Source: Escherichia coli
Lineage (GTDB): Bacteria; Pseudomonadota; Gammaproteobacteria; Enterobacterales; Enterobacteriaceae
Assembly: GCF_024223415.1 (NCBI RefSeq)
Contig: NZ_CP100500.1
Direction: 5' to 3' (one strand)
Length of the DNA stretch: 64,000 bases
Shown: one piece after another, positions 1 to 10,812 of the stretch
How positions within the stretch are numbered: the stretch's first letter is position 1
How the letters are laid out: every line of letters starts with the position of its first letter
Position numbers and translations under genes: made by a program
The notes under the pieces: generated by a model
Databases searched by the model: none
Told to the model about the DNA's origin: nothing
What the model saw: only the letters and a program-made list of their open reading frames with translations

Positions 1-94
1 GTAATGCCGGAGCAAGACGTTTAGCGACAAAATCCGCCGCATGTTGTTCGATGACTGGCGCGCCTTTCTCCAGACAATACTGACGCTCTTTCAT
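1..94 (-). CDS. Partial CDS (N-terminus only, runs off window start) of the gene downstream of glsB; possibly YneG-like
   Basis: ATG at about 94 on minus strand opens a frame (MKERQYCLEKGAPVIEQHAADFVAKRLAPAL...) that continues to position 1; same orientation as glsB/sad; no strong SD. Confidence 0.3.
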   Translation of the reverse strand, partial: MKERQYCLEKGAPVIEQHAADFVAKRLAPAL

Positions 95-162
95 GCCCAA
101 ACGAAAGCGAGATCGAAATTTTGAACGGGATAAACGCGCGAAGAGTGGATCGAGAGACTGCA

Positions 163-1089
163 TTAATAAACCGAACGCCCTAACTGTTTCGTCAATTGTT
201 CAAGGACGGCAATGCCCGCAAGCGAGTTACCTGCATCATCCAGTTCCGGACTCCAGACTGCGATGGCCATTTCATGCGGAACAATCGCCACAATACCGCC
301 CCCAACGCCAGATTTCGCCGGTAGTCCCACCCGCCAGGCAAACTCCCCCGCGTTCTGGTACATACCACTGGTCGCCATCAGCGCGTTAATTTGCCGCGCC
401 TGCATTGGCGTCACCACTGGTTCATCAATATGAATAGCTTTCCCCTGATTAGCCAGAAAGACAAACGTCCGGGCCAGCTCTACACAGCTCATTTTCAGAG
501 CGCAGTAATGAAAGTAGTTTTGCAGAACGGTTGTCACGTCATGATGGAAATTGCCAAACGACTTCATCAGCCAGGCGATAGCCGCATTTCGCGCGGAATG
601 TTCAAATTCGGAACGCGCTACCACCGTATCGTAGGAAATATCAGACACACCGCTTAAGCCGCGCACGACTTCCAGCATACGTTGCCGTGGTGCGCTTAAT
701 CGCCCTTGCAACATATCGCAGACCACCAGCGCACCGGCATTAATAAACGGATTACGCGGAATACCCTGCTCCATTTCCAGTTGCACTAAAGAATTGAACG
801 GTGATCCAGACGGATCTTTGCCGACGCGTTGCCAGATTTCCTCTTCGGAGTAATGACGCATGGCGACAACGAGACTCAGCACTTTAGAAATAGACTGAAT
901 GGAAAAACGTTCTTGCGCGTCTCCGGCCTGAAAAAGCTGTCCGTCAACGGTACAGATAGCAATGCCCAATCGGGAACCGTCTACCGTAGCCAGCGCTGGG
1001 ATATAATCCGCGACTTTACCCTGACCAATGAGCGGCCGGACTTGCCGCAAGATGTTTTCTAAAATTGCATTATCCATGGCGACTGCCAC
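163..1089 (-). CDS. glsB: Glutaminase 2 (GlsB/YneH), 308 aa
   Basis: Full-length ORF; sequence recognised as E. coli glutaminase 2; serine-dependent beta-lactamase-like fold motifs. Confidence 0.9.
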   Translation of the reverse strand: MAVAMDNAILENILRQVRPLIGQGKVADYIPALATVDGSRLGIAICTVDGQLFQAGDAQERFSIQSISKVLSLVVAMRHYSEEEIWQRVGKDPSGSPFNSLVQLEMEQGIPRNPFINAGALVVCDMLQGRLSAPRQRMLEVVRGLSGVSDISYDTVVARSEFEHSARNAAIAWLMKSFGNFHHDVTTVLQNYFHYCALKMSCVELARTFVFLANQGKAIHIDEPVVTPMQARQINALMATSGMYQNAGEFAWRVGLPAKSGVGGGIVAIVPHEMAIAVWSPELDDAGNSLAGIAVLEQLTKQLGRSVY

Positions 1090-1152
1090 TTTCTACTCCT
1101 GGACCGCAGGTCTGAAAAGACCTGCGAGTATATCAGAGCTGAATATGTCGCG

Positions 1153-2541
1153 TCAGATCCGGTCTTTCCACACCGTCTGGATATTACAGAATTCGTGTAA
1201 GCCGAAATGGGAAAGCTCACGACCAAAGCCACTCTTTTTCACGCCACCAAAGGCCACTCGCGCGTCGCTGGCACAATAACCATTGATAAACACCCCACCG
1301 CATTCCAGACGTGCCGCCATCTGTCTGGCCTGTGTTTCGTCGGTGGTAAAAATGGTCGCTGAAAGGCCGAACTCACTATCATTAGCCAGTTCCAGCGCAT
1401 GTTCTGCATCTTTCGCAATGGTGATTGCCGCAACGGGGCCAAACATTTCTTCCCGAAACGCGGTCATTTCTGGGGTAACATTCGCCAGAACCGTTGGCGG
1501 ATAGTAGTTACCTGCCCCAGCCATCTTTTCCCCGCCCAGTAACAAACGCGCACCTTGCGCCAGGGTTTTCTCCACCTGATGATGCAGCTCATCACGTAAA
1601 TCGAAACGAGCCATTGGTCCGAGAGCGTTATCTTCGTCACGGGGATCGCCCATTTTCAAGGCTGCCGCAGCTGCCACAAAACGTTCGGTAAATGCCGAAG
1701 CAATTCCCTCTTCGATAATAAAGCGTTTTGCCGCTGCACAAACCTGTCCGGTATTCTGATAACGTCCGGCTACCGCCGCTTTAACCGCCAGTTCCAGATC
1801 GGCATCGTTAAGCACAATAAATGGATCCGAACCGCCCAGTTCCAGTACGCATTTTTTCAGTGCCGCTCCAGCCTGTGCACCAATAGCCGCTCCCGCACGA
1901 ACACTTCCGGTCACCGTGACAGCAGCAATGCGCGAGTCTTTAATCATCTGACTGACACCGTCGTTGTGGGCATTCAGCCAGCCATATACGCCTTGTGGGA
2001 TTCCCGCATCTTTAAACACCTGGGCAATGAGCTGAGCACAGCCCATCACATTCGGCGCATGTTTAAGTAAGTAACCGTTACCAGCAAGAATGATGGGAAC
2101 AGCGCCACGCATCACCTGCCATAACGGAAAATTCCACGGCATAATCGCCAGAATCGTCCCCAACGGTCGATACTCAATAACTGCCTGCTGATTTTCCACC
2201 AGCGTAGGTTCCGCCTTCAGCATTGCCGGACCATGTTCTGCATACCAGTCACACAAATTCGCCGATTTCGCCACTTCAGCGCGCGCCTGGTTGATTGGTT
2301 TGCCCATTTCGCGGGTGATCATTTGCGCCATTTCTTCGCTACGGGCGCGCAGAGCCTTACCGATATCACGCAGTTTTTCAGCACGATAATCTATATTTGT
2401 CTCGCGCCAGTCACGAAAGCCTGCTGCCGCCAGCTGAAGTGTGTTTTCGATATCATCAGCGCCAGCCCACGGCAGCACAGAAAGTTGTTCACCCGTGGCA
2501 GGATTTATCGAAATTGCATGAGTTGCCGGAGTAATGGTCAT
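1153..2541 (-). CDS. sad: NAD-dependent succinate-semialdehyde dehydrogenase Sad (YneI), 462 aa
   Basis: Aldehyde dehydrogenase family ORF; start moved to internal ATG at 2541 ([10 protein letters not shown]...) which has a strong AGGAGA SD; track ORF start at 2565 lacks SD. Confidence 0.9.
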   Translation of the reverse strand: MTITPATHAISINPATGEQLSVLPWAGADDIENTLQLAAAGFRDWRETNIDYRAEKLRDIGKALRARSEEMAQMITREMGKPINQARAEVAKSANLCDWYAEHGPAMLKAEPTLVENQQAVIEYRPLGTILAIMPWNFPLWQVMRGAVPIILAGNGYLLKHAPNVMGCAQLIAQVFKDAGIPQGVYGWLNAHNDGVSQMIKDSRIAAVTVTGSVRAGAAIGAQAGAALKKCVLELGGSDPFIVLNDADLELAVKAAVAGRYQNTGQVCAAAKRFIIEEGIASAFTERFVAAAAALKMGDPRDEDNALGPMARFDLRDELHHQVEKTLAQGARLLLGGEKMAGAGNYYPPTVLANVTPEMTAFREEMFGPVAAITIAKDAEHALELANDSEFGLSATIFTTDETQARQMAARLECGGVFINGYCASDARVAFGGVKKSGFGRELSHFGLHEFCNIQTVWKDRI

Positions 2542-2641
2542 CGGGGTATCTCCTTTATGAGTCATGGTATGAAGATACGCAGATTTACTCTTGCTTTAAA
2601 ATGAATAATATTAAGCCACTTATTCACGAATCGAGAATATT

Positions 2642-3523
2642 ATGGATCTGACCCAACTGGAGATGTTCAACGCGGTTGCCGAAGCTGGCAGCATTACGCA
2701 GGCTGCAGCAATAGTGCATCGCGTGCCGTCGAATCTCACTACCCGTCTACGCCAGCTGGAAACAGAACTGGGGGTAGATCTGTTTATTCGCGAGAATCAG
2801 CGTTTACGTCTATCTCCTGCCGGGCATAACTTTTTACGCTATAGCCAACAAATTCTCGCGTTAGTGGATGAAGCGCGGAGCGTTGTCGCTGGCGATGAGC
2901 CGCAAGGTTTATTTTCTCTGGGTTCGCTGGAAAGCACCGCAGCAGTTCGCATTCCGGCCACGCTGGCGGAATTCAACCGTCGTTATCCCAAAATTCAGTT
3001 TTCACTTTCCACCGGCCCTTCCGGCACTATGCTGGAAGGTGTGCTGGAGGGAAAACTTAATGCGGCGTTTATTGATGGACCCATTAACCATACTGCCATT
3101 GACGGGATACCGGTATACCGCGAGGAGCTGATGATCGTCACGCCACAAGGTCATGCGCCAGTAATCCGTGCCAGTCAGGTTAATGGCAGTAACATTTATG
3201 CCTTCCGTGCCAATTGTTCGTATCGTCGCCACTTCGAGAGCTGGTTTCATGCTGACGGTGCCGCTCCGGGAACTATCCATGAGATGGAGTCTTATCACGG
3301 AATGTTGGCCTGTGTAGTCGCAGGAGCAGGCATTGCGCTTATTCCGCGCTCTATGCTGGAAAGTATGCCGGGGCATCACCAGGTTGAAGCGTGGCCGTTA
3401 GCTGAGCAATGGCGTTGGTTAACAACCTGGCTGGTCTGGCGTCGTGGTGCGAAAACGCGTCCGCTCGAGGCATTTATTCAACTGCTGGATGTGCCTGACT
3501 CGACAAAACAGGGTTACCAATGA
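2642..3523 (+). CDS. yneJ: LysR-family transcriptional regulator YneJ, 293 aa
   Basis: N-terminal HTH (LysR type) plus substrate-binding domain; divergent from sad as is typical for LysR regulators. Confidence 0.85.
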   Translation: MDLTQLEMFNAVAEAGSITQAAAIVHRVPSNLTTRLRQLETELGVDLFIRENQRLRLSPAGHNFLRYSQQILALVDEARSVVAGDEPQGLFSLGSLESTAAVRIPATLAEFNRRYPKIQFSLSTGPSGTMLEGVLEGKLNAAFIDGPINHTAIDGIPVYREELMIVTPQGHAPVIRASQVNGSNIYAFRANCSYRRHFESWFHADGAAPGTIHEMESYHGMLACVVAGAGIALIPRSMLESMPGHHQVEAWPLAEQWRWLTTWLVWRRGAKTRPLEAFIQLLDVPDSTKQGYQ

Positions 3524-3600
3524 GCTATTTTTGATAGTTCTTGCGGCTAATATGCTCTATATAGTGATGTTCCGATGACTTATGACTATATGGGGCAAAT

Positions 3601-4716
3601 ATGGTTACGCCAGTAAGCATCAGCAATTACATATCTCTTCCTGATGATTTTCCCGTTCGTAATATTGCACCGAAGATAAAAGAAGTTTTAAAGGATTTTA
3701 TTGATGCACTTAGTACAATAATATGTAATGAAGAGTGGCGCACGTCTTTAAACATCAACTCAGCCACAAAAAAGATATTTAATAATCTTGACAACTTATC
3801 ATATATTCAGAGGACTTCTTTTCGGGGTAACGACACGCTATACAATGAAAAGGTTCAGTTTAAACTCACTTATCCCGCCAGGAATGGAAGACACAAAGAA
3901 AATATTGAATTTCAGGTAGTAATAAATTTAAGCCCTATTTATTTAGATAATTTCCGCCATGATGGAGAAATTAATATTTTTTGCGCTCCCAACCCAAAGC
4001 CTGTTACTATGGGGCGCGTATTTCAGACCGGCGTCGAGCGTGTGCTCTTTCTGTTTCTGAATGATTTTATTGAACAATTCCCAATGATCAACCCTGGCGT
4101 TCCCATCAAAAGAGCGCATACACCACATATTGAACCCCTGCCTCCGGATCACCATACCGCTGCAGATTACTTACGCCAGTTTGATTTGCTTGTCCTGAAT
4201 TTTATCTCTCGCGGTAATTTTGTCATACTCCCCCGATTATGGAATAACTCTGAGGTTCACAGATGGTTCGTCAATAAAGATCCTAACTTGATCACCGCCA
4301 TTCTCGACATAACGGACAGCGAATTAAAAGAGGATTTATTGCAAAGCCTGATGGATTCATTAGGTTCTAACAAACATGTACTACCCGAAGTCTGCATCTG
4401 TTTTTTATCCCTTTTAGCAGAACAAGAATCTCCTCATTTTCAGGACTTGTTTTTATTTTTCGCCAATATGTTGTTACACTATCACCAATTTATGAATCCC
4501 AATGAAAGTGATTTGAATGACGTGTTGATGCCAGCATCATTAAGTGATGATAAAATTATCAAACATATGGCGCGCAAGACCCTCAAACTTTTTGTAAAAA
4601 ATGAAACACCGCCAAAAGTTACTCATGAAGACCTGGTGAAAAACAGGCCTCGCTCCCCTGTCAGACCACCTATACCCGCAACCTCCAAAACGCCAGACAT
4701 TCCTGATCGTCATTAA
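3601..4716 (+). CDS. yneK: Uncharacterised protein YneK, 371 aa
   Basis: Long ORF with AT-rich codon usage, atypical for the flanking core genes; matches the position and length of K-12 yneK. Confidence 0.7.
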   Translation: MVTPVSISNYISLPDDFPVRNIAPKIKEVLKDFIDALSTIICNEEWRTSLNINSATKKIFNNLDNLSYIQRTSFRGNDTLYNEKVQFKLTYPARNGRHKENIEFQVVINLSPIYLDNFRHDGEINIFCAPNPKPVTMGRVFQTGVERVLFLFLNDFIEQFPMINPGVPIKRAHTPHIEPLPPDHHTAADYLRQFDLLVLNFISRGNFVILPRLWNNSEVHRWFVNKDPNLITAILDITDSELKEDLLQSLMDSLGSNKHVLPEVCICFLSLLAEQESPHFQDLFLFFANMLLHYHQFMNPNESDLNDVLMPASLSDDKIIKHMARKTLKLFVKNETPPKVTHEDLVKNRPRSPVRPPIPATSKTPDIPDRH

Positions 4717-4866
4717 ACCGTGATGTTTACCGTCTCTCTGACGCGTGAAAGAATCAGCGTCAGAGAAACGGAAAACGCGATCCAGATCACAAATGCATTG
4801 TATTCACATCATTAACCGTTTTAAGATCATTTCATCACTTTTTCGCAACTCACCCGATAATCTGTT

Positions 4867-6057
4867 ATGACAACAAACACTGTTTCCCGCAAAGTGGCAT
4901 GGCTACGGGTCGTTACGCTGGCAGTCGCCGCCTTCATCTTCAACACCACCGAATTTGTCCCTGTTGGCCTGCTCTCTGACATTGCGCAAAGTTTTCACAT
5001 GCAAACCGCTCAGGTCGGCATTATGTTGACCATTTACGCATGGGTAGTAGCGCTAATGTCATTGCCTTTTATGCTAATGACCAGCCAGGTTGAACGGCGC
5101 AAATTACTGATCTGCCTGTTTGTGGTGTTTATTGCCAGCCACGTACTGTCGTTTTTATCGTGGAGCTTTACCGTTCTGGTGATCAGTCGCATTGGTGTGG
5201 CTTTTGCACATGCGATTTTCTGGTCGATTACGGCGTCCCTGGCGATCCGTATGGCTCCGGCCGGGAAGCGAGCACAGGCATTGAGTTTAATTGCCACAGG
5301 TACAGCACTGGCAATGGTATTAGGATTACCTCTCGGGCGCATTGTGGGGCAGTATTTCGGTTGGCGAATGACCTTCTTCGCGATTGGTATCGGGGCGCTT
5401 GTTACCCTTTTGTGCCTGATTAAGTTACTTCCCTTACTGCCCAGTGAGCATTCCGGTTCATTGAAAAGCCTCCCGCTATTGTTCCGCCGCCCGGCATTGA
5501 TGAGCATTTATTTGTTAACTGTGGTGGTTGTCACCGCCCATTACACGGCATACAGCTATATTGAGCCTTTTGTGCAAAACATTGCGGGATTCAGCGCCAA
5601 CTTTGCCACGGCATTACTGTTATTACTCGGTGGTGCGGGCATTATTGGCAGCGTGATTTTCGGGAAACTGGGTAATCAGTATGCGTCTGCGTTGGTGAGT
5701 ACGGCGATTGCGCTGTTGCTGGTGTGTCTGGCACTGCTGCTACCTGCGGCGAACAGTGAAATACACCTCGGGGTGCTGAGTATTTTCTGGGGGATCGCGA
5801 TGATGATCATCGGGCTTGGTATGCAGGTTAAAGTGCTGGCGCTGGCACCAGATGCCACCGACGTCGCGATGGCGCTATTCTCCGGGATATTTAATATTGG
5901 AATCGGGGCGGGTGCGTTGGTAGGTAATCAGGTGAGTCTGCACTGGTCAATGTCGATGATTGGTTATGTGGGCGCGGTGCCTGCTTTTGCCGCGTTAATA
6001 TGGTCAATCATTATATTTCGCCGCTGGCCAGTGACACTCGAAGAACAGACGCAATAG
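4867..6057 (+). CDS. ydeA: MFS sugar efflux transporter YdeA (arabinose exporter), 396 aa
   Basis: 12-TM hydrophobic profile; recognised as YdeA. Confidence 0.85.
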   Translation: MTTNTVSRKVAWLRVVTLAVAAFIFNTTEFVPVGLLSDIAQSFHMQTAQVGIMLTIYAWVVALMSLPFMLMTSQVERRKLLICLFVVFIASHVLSFLSWSFTVLVISRIGVAFAHAIFWSITASLAIRMAPAGKRAQALSLIATGTALAMVLGLPLGRIVGQYFGWRMTFFAIGIGALVTLLCLIKLLPLLPSEHSGSLKSLPLLFRRPALMSIYLLTVVVVTAHYTAYSYIEPFVQNIAGFSANFATALLLLLGGAGIIGSVIFGKLGNQYASALVSTAIALLLVCLALLLPAANSEIHLGVLSIFWGIAMMIIGLGMQVKVLALAPDATDVAMALFSGIFNIGIGAGALVGNQVSLHWSMSMIGYVGAVPAFAALIWSIIIFRRWPVTLEEQTQ

Positions 6058-6061
6058 TTGA

Positions 6062-6084
6062 AAGGCCCATTCGGGCCTTTTTTA
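6062..6084 (+). terminator. Rho-independent terminator hairpin between convergent ydeA and marC (probably bidirectional)
   Basis: AGGCCC-attc-GGGCCT stem followed by TTTTTT; A-run on the other side. Confidence 0.6.
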
Positions 6085-6747
6085 ATGGTACGTTTTAATG
6101 ATTTCCAGGATGCCGTTAATAATAAACTGCACACCCATACATACCAGCAGGAACCCCATCAGGCGGGAGATCGCTTCAATGCCACCCTTGCCCACCAGCC
6201 GCATAATTGCGCCGGAGCTGCGTAGGCTTCCCCACAAAATAACCGCCACCAGGAAAAAGATCAGCGGCGGCGCAACCATCAGTACCCAATCAGCGAAGGT
6301 TGAACTCTGACGCACTGTGGACGCCGAGCTAATAATCATCGCAATGGTTCCCGGACCGGCGGTACTTGGCATTGCCAGTGGTACAAAAGCAATATTGGCG
6401 CTGGGTTCATCTTCCAGCTCTTCCGACTTGCTTTTCGCTTCCGGTGAATCAATCGCTTTCTGTTGCGGAAAGAGCATCCGAAAACCGATAAACGCGACGA
6501 TTAAGCCGCCTGCAATTCGCAGACCGGGAATCGAAATGCCAAATGTATCCATCACCAGTTGCCCGGCGTAATACGCCACCATCATGATGGCAAAGACGAA
6601 CACCGAGGCCATCAACGACTGACGATTACGTTCGGCACTGTTCATGTTGCCTGCCAGGCCAAGAAATAACGCGACAGTTGTTAATGGGTTAGCTAACGGC
6701 AGTAACACCACCAGCCCCAGGCCAATTGCTTTAAACAAATCTAACAT
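6082..6747 (-). CDS. marC: MarC-family inner membrane protein, 221 aa
   Basis: Multi-TM ORF divergent from marRAB. Confidence 0.85.
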   Translation of the reverse strand: MLDLFKAIGLGLVVLLPLANPLTTVALFLGLAGNMNSAERNRQSLMASVFVFAIMMVAYYAGQLVMDTFGISIPGLRIAGGLIVAFIGFRMLFPQQKAIDSPEAKSKSEELEDEPSANIAFVPLAMPSTAGPGTIAMIISSASTVRQSSTFADWVLMVAPPLIFFLVAVILWGSLRSSGAIMRLVGKGGIEAISRLMGFLLVCMGVQFIINGILEIIKTYH

Positions 6748-6861
6748 TGGTGGTTGTTATCCTGTGTATCTGGGTTATCAGCGAAAAGTATAAGGGGTAA
6801 ACAAGGATAAAGTGTCACTCTTTAGCTAACCCTGCATCGCATTGGCCAAAACTTGAACCGA

Positions 6862-6958
6862 TTTAGCAAAACGTGGCATCGGTCAATTCATTCATTTGAC
6901 TTATACTTGCCTGGGCAATATTATCCCCTGCAACTAATTACTTGCCAGGGCAACTAAT
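6862..6958 (+). promoter_or_regulatory. marO: marO operator/promoter: marbox (about 6862-6881), -35 TTGACT (6896-6901), -10 TATTAT (6919-6924), two MarR sites TTGCC-N-GGCAA (about 6904-6922 and 6938-6956)
   Basis: Two near-identical palindromes tacTTGCCtgGGCAAta and tacTTGCCagGGCAAct read directly; 17-bp spaced -35/-10; ATTTAGCAAAACGTGGCATC marbox upstream. Confidence 0.75.
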
Positions 6959-7393
6959 GTGAAAAGTACCAGCGATCTGTTCAATGAAATTATTCCATTG
7001 GGTCGCTTAATCCATATGGTTAATCAGAAGAAAGATCGTCTGCTTAACGAGTATCTGTCTCCGCTGGATATTACTGCGGCACAGTTTAAGGTGCTCTGCT
7101 CTATCCGCTGCGCGGCGTGTATTACTCCGGTTGAACTGAAAAAAGTGTTGTCGGTCGACCTGGGAGCACTGACCCGTATGCTGGATCGCTTGGTCTGTAA
7201 AGGCTGGGTTGAAAGGTTGCCGAACCCGAATGATAAGCGCGGCGTACTGGTAAAACTTACCACCAGCGGCGCGGCAATATGCGAACAATGCCATCAATTA
7301 GTTGGCCAGGACCTGCATCAAGAATTAACAAAAAACCTGACGGCGGACGAAGTGGCAACACTTGAGCATTTGCTTAAGAAAGTCCTGCCGTAA
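6959..7393 (+). CDS. marR: Multiple antibiotic resistance repressor MarR (MarR-family wHTH), 144 aa, GTG start
   Basis: ORF directly downstream of marO; recognised sequence. Confidence 0.9.
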
Positions 7394-7412
7394 ACAAAAA
7401 AGAGGTATGACG

Positions 7413-7796
7413 ATGTCCAGACGCAATACTGACGCTATTACCATTCATAGCATTTTGGACTGGATCGAGGACAACCTGGAATCGCCACTGTCACTGGAGA
7501 AAGTGTCAGAGCGTTCAGGTTACTCTAAATGGCACCTGCAACGGATGTTTAAAAAAGAAACCGGTCATTCATTAGGCCAATACATCCGCAGCCGTAAGAT
7601 GACGGAAATCGCGCAAAAGCTGAAGGAAAGTAACGAGCCGATACTCTATCTGGCAGAACGATATGGCTTCGAGTCGCAACAAACTCTGACCCGAACCTTC
7701 AAAAATTACTTTGATGTTCCGCCGCATAAATACCGGATGACCAATATGCAGGGCGAATCGCGCTTTTTACATCCATTAAATCATTACAACAGCTAG
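7413..7796 (+). CDS. marA: AraC/XylS-family activator MarA, 127 aa
   Basis: Internal ATG ([21 protein letters not shown]...) with AAGAGG SD; track ORF begins upstream inside marR. Confidence 0.9.
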
Positions 7797-7827
7797 TTGA
7801 AAACGTGACAACGTCACTGAGGCAATT

Positions 7828-8046
7828 ATGAAACCGCTTTTATCCGCAATAGCAGCTGCGCTTATTCTCTTTTCCGCGCAGGGCGTTGCGGAACAAACCC
7901 AGCAACCGCTCGTTACTTCCTGTGGCGATGTGGTGGTTGTTCCCCCATCGCAGGAACAACCACCGTTCGATTTAAATCACATGGGTACAGGCAGTGACAA
8001 ATCGGATGCGCTGGGCGTGCCCTATTATAACCAACAAGCCATGTAG
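7828..8046 (+). CDS. marB: MarB, small periplasmic protein, 72 aa
   Basis: Signal-peptide-like N-terminus; last gene of marRAB. Confidence 0.85.
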   Translation: MKPLLSAIAAALILFSAQGVAEQTQQPLVTSCGDVVVVPPSQEQPPFDLNHMGTGSDKSDALGVPYYNQQAM

Positions 8047-8054
8047 TATATTCA

Positions 8055-8078
8055 GGCCCCGGCATATCGGGGCTTGTT
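8055..8078. terminator. Hairpin terminator between marB and eamA
   Basis: GCCCCG-gcatat-CGGGGC stem followed by TTGTT. Confidence 0.5.
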
Positions 8079-8976
8079 AACCTCTTACCTTCACCGCTTT
8101 ACGCCACTGCAAACCAAATACATTGATATACAGTCCGGCCATAATGAGCACAGCCCCTAAGAATTGCAGACCTGTTAAGCGTTCATCCAGCAGTAACGCT
8201 GCACTTGCCAGACCGACTACCGGCACCAGTAATGATAATGGTGCGACACGCCATGTTTCATAGCGTCCAAGCAGCGTACCCCAAATCCCGTAGCCAACTA
8301 TCGTCGCTACAAATGCCAGATACATCAACGCCAGAATGGTGGTCATGTCGATAGTGACCAGACTGTGAATCATTTTTCCGGAGCCATCGAGAATGAGCGA
8401 GGCGACAAAAAACGGAATTATCGGGATTAATGCGCTCCAGACGACCAGAGACATTACCGCCGGACGGGATGAATGAGACATGATCTTTTTGTTGAAGATA
8501 TTGCCACTCGCCCAACTAAATGCCGCTGCCAGAGTCAAAATAAAACCGAGCATCGCCACATGCTGACCGTTAAAGCTATCTTCGATTAACACCAGTACGC
8601 CAAAAATCGCTAACGCAATCCCCGCCAGTTGCTTACCGTGCAGCCGTTCGCCAAAAGTAAAAGCACCGAGCACGATAGTAAAAAACGCCTGAGCCTGTAA
8701 GACCAGCGAGGCCAGTCCAGCCGGCATACCGAAGTTAATGGCGCAGAAGAGAAAGGCAAACTGTGCAAAACTGATGGTTAAACCATACCCCAGCAGTAAA
8801 TTCAGCGGTACTTTTGGTCGTGCCACGAAAAAGATTGCCGGGAAGGCGACCAGCATAAAGCGCAAACCGGCCAGCATCAGCGGTGGCATGTTATGAAGCC
8901 CCACTTTGATGACCACAAAATTTAGCCCCCATACGACCACTACCAGTAGCGCCAACACCCCATCTTTTCGCGACAT
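8077..8976 (-). CDS. eamA: Cysteine/O-acetylserine exporter EamA (YdeD), DMT superfamily, 299 aa
   Basis: Start set at ATG 8976 (MSRKDGVLALLVVVVWG...) preceded by GAGGCGG; 10-TM profile. Confidence 0.85.
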   Translation of the reverse strand: MSRKDGVLALLVVVVWGLNFVVIKVGLHNMPPLMLAGLRFMLVAFPAIFFVARPKVPLNLLLGYGLTISFAQFAFLFCAINFGMPAGLASLVLQAQAFFTIVLGAFTFGERLHGKQLAGIALAIFGVLVLIEDSFNGQHVAMLGFILTLAAAFSWASGNIFNKKIMSHSSRPAVMSLVVWSALIPIIPFFVASLILDGSGKMIHSLVTIDMTTILALMYLAFVATIVGYGIWGTLLGRYETWRVAPLSLLVPVVGLASAALLLDERLTGLQFLGAVLIMAGLYINVFGLQWRKAVKVRG

Positions 8977-9170
8977 TCTACCGCCTCTGAATTTCATCTT
9001 TTGTAAGCAATCAACTTAGCTGAATTTACTTTTCTTTAACAGTTAATTCGTTAGTCGCCGGTTACGACGGCATTAATGCGCAAATAAGTCGCTATACTTC
9101 GGATTTTTGCCATGCTATTTCTTTACATCTCTAAAACAAAACATAACGAAACGCACTGCCGGACAGACAA

Positions 9171-10358
9171 ATGAACTTATCCCTACGACGCTCTACCAGC
9201 GCCCTTCTTGCCTCGTCGTTGTTATTAACCATCGGACGCGGCGCTACGCTGCCATTTATGACCATTTACTTAAGTCGTCAGTACAGCCTGAGTGTCGATC
9301 TCATTGGTTATGCGATGACAATTGCGCTCACTATTGGCGTCGTTTTTAGCCTCGGTTTTGGTATCCTGGCGGATAAGTTCGACAAGAAACGCTATATGTT
9401 ACTGGCAATTACGGCCTTCGCCAGCGGTTTTATTGCTATTCCCCTGGTTGACAGCGTCACGCTGGTGGTACTTTTTTTCGCACTCATCAACTGCGCCTAT
9501 TCCGTTTTTGCCACAGTGTTGAAAGCCTGGTTTGCCGACAATCTTTCATCCACCAGCAAAACGAAGATCTTCTCGATCAACTACACCATGCTCAATATTG
9601 GCTGGACCGTCGGCCCGCCACTCGGCACGCTGTTGGTCATGCAGAGCATCAATCTGCCCTTTTGGCTGGCCGCTATCTGCTCTGCGTTTCCCATGTTTTT
9701 CATTCAAATTTGGGTAAAGCGCAGCGAGAAAATCATCGCCACGGAAACAGGCAGTGTCTGGTCGCCGAAAGTTTTATTACAAGATAAGGCACTGTTGTGG
9801 TTTACCTGCTCTGGCTTTCTGGCTTCTTTTGTTAGTGGCGCATTTGCTTCATGCATTTCACAATATGTGATGGTGATTGCTGATGGTGATTTTGCCGAAA
9901 AGGTGGTCGCGGTTGTTCTTCCGGTGAATGCCGCCATGGTAGTTACGTTGCAATATTCCGTGGGCCGCCGACTTAACCCGGCTAACATCCGCGCGCTGAT
10001 GACAGCAGGCACCCTCTGTTTCGTCATCGGTCTGGTCGGTTTTATTTTTTCCGGAAACAGCCTGCTATTGTGGGGTATGTCAGCTGCGGTATTTACTGTC
10101 GGTGAAATAATTTATGCGCCGGGCGAGTATATGTTGATTGACCATATTGCGCCGCCAGGAATGAAAGCCAGCTATTTTTCCGCCCAGTCTTTAGGCTGGC
10201 TTGGTGCCGCAATTAACCCATTAGTGAGTGGCCTAGTGCTAACCAACCTGCCGCCTTCCTCGCTGTTTATCATCTTAGCGTTGGTGATCATTGCTGCGTG
10301 GGTGCTGATGTTAAAAGGGATTCGTGCAAAACCGTGGGGGCAGCCCGCGCTTTGTTGA
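9171..10358 (+). CDS. ydeE: MFS transporter YdeE (dipeptide exporter), 395 aa
   Basis: 12-TM MFS profile; recognised sequence. Confidence 0.85.
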   Translation: MNLSLRRSTSALLASSLLLTIGRGATLPFMTIYLSRQYSLSVDLIGYAMTIALTIGVVFSLGFGILADKFDKKRYMLLAITAFASGFIAIPLVDSVTLVVLFFALINCAYSVFATVLKAWFADNLSSTSKTKIFSINYTMLNIGWTVGPPLGTLLVMQSINLPFWLAAICSAFPMFFIQIWVKRSEKIIATETGSVWSPKVLLQDKALLWFTCSGFLASFVSGAFASCISQYVMVIADGDFAEKVVAVVLPVNAAMVVTLQYSVGRRLNPANIRALMTAGTLCFVIGLVGFIFSGNSLLLWGMSAAVFTVGEIIYAPGEYMLIDHIAPPGMKASYFSAQSLGWLGAAINPLVSGLVLTNLPPSSLFIILALVIIAAWVLMLKGIRAKPWGQPALC

Positions 10359-10484
10359 TTTAAGTCGAACACAATAAAAATTTAATTCAGCCTTCGTTTA
10401 GGTTACCTCTGCTAATATCTTTCTCATTGAGATGAAAATTAAGGTAAGCGAGGAAACACACCACACCATAAACGGAGGCAAATA

Positions 10485-10580
10485 ATGCTGGGTAATATGA
10501 ATGTTTTTATGGCCGTACTGGGAATAATTTTATTTTCTGGTTTTCTGGCCGCGTATTTCAGCCACAAATGGGATGACTAA
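10485..10580 (+). CDS. mgtS: Small membrane protein MgtS (YneM), 31 aa
   Basis: ATG preceded by GGAGG SD; translation MLGNMNVFMAVLGIILFSGFLAAYFSHKWDD; below the 60-aa track cutoff. Confidence 0.8.
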   Translation: MLGNMNVFMAVLGIILFSGFLAAYFSHKWDD

Positions 10581-10605
10581 TGAACGGAGATAATCCCTCA
10601 CCTAA

Positions 10606-10647
10606 CCGGCCCCTTGTTACAGTTGTGTACAAGGGGCCTGATTTTTA
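10606..10647 (+). terminator. Rho-independent terminator of mgtS
   Basis: GGCCCCTTGT...ACAAGGGGCC stem followed by TGATTTTTA. Confidence 0.5.
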
Positions 10648-10656
10648 TGACGGCGA

Positions 10657-10756
10657 AAAAAAACCGCCAGTAAACCGGCGGTGAATGCTTGCATGGATAG
10701 ATTTGTGTTTTGCTTTTACGCTAACAGGCATTTTCCTGCACTGATAACGGATCGTT
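10657..10756 (-). ncRNA. mgrR: PhoP-dependent Hfq-binding sRNA MgrR (approximate ends)
   Basis: Bounded by a minus-strand terminator (ACCGCC-loop-GGCGGT plus 8 T at about 10656-10682) and a PhoP box at 10788-10804; known genomic context between mgtS and dgcZ. Confidence 0.55.
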
Positions 10757-10787
10757 GACACAGTAGCATCAGTTTTCTCAATGAATG

Positions 10788-10804
10788 TTAAACGGAGCTT
10801 AAAC
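10788..10804 (-). promoter_or_regulatory. PhoP box (direct repeat GTTTAA-N5-GTTTAA) of the mgrR promoter
   Basis: Minus strand reads GTTTAAgctccGTTTAA, matching the PhoP consensus (T/G)GTTTA-N5-(T/G)GTTTA; lies just 3' of the dgcZ stop. Confidence 0.6.
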
Positions 10805-10812
10805 TCGGTTAA

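Noticed and set aside
93-657. Three plus-strand ORFs (98, 73, 88 aa) overlapping glsB
   Set aside because: Antisense to a conserved enzyme gene; no SD; biased composition.
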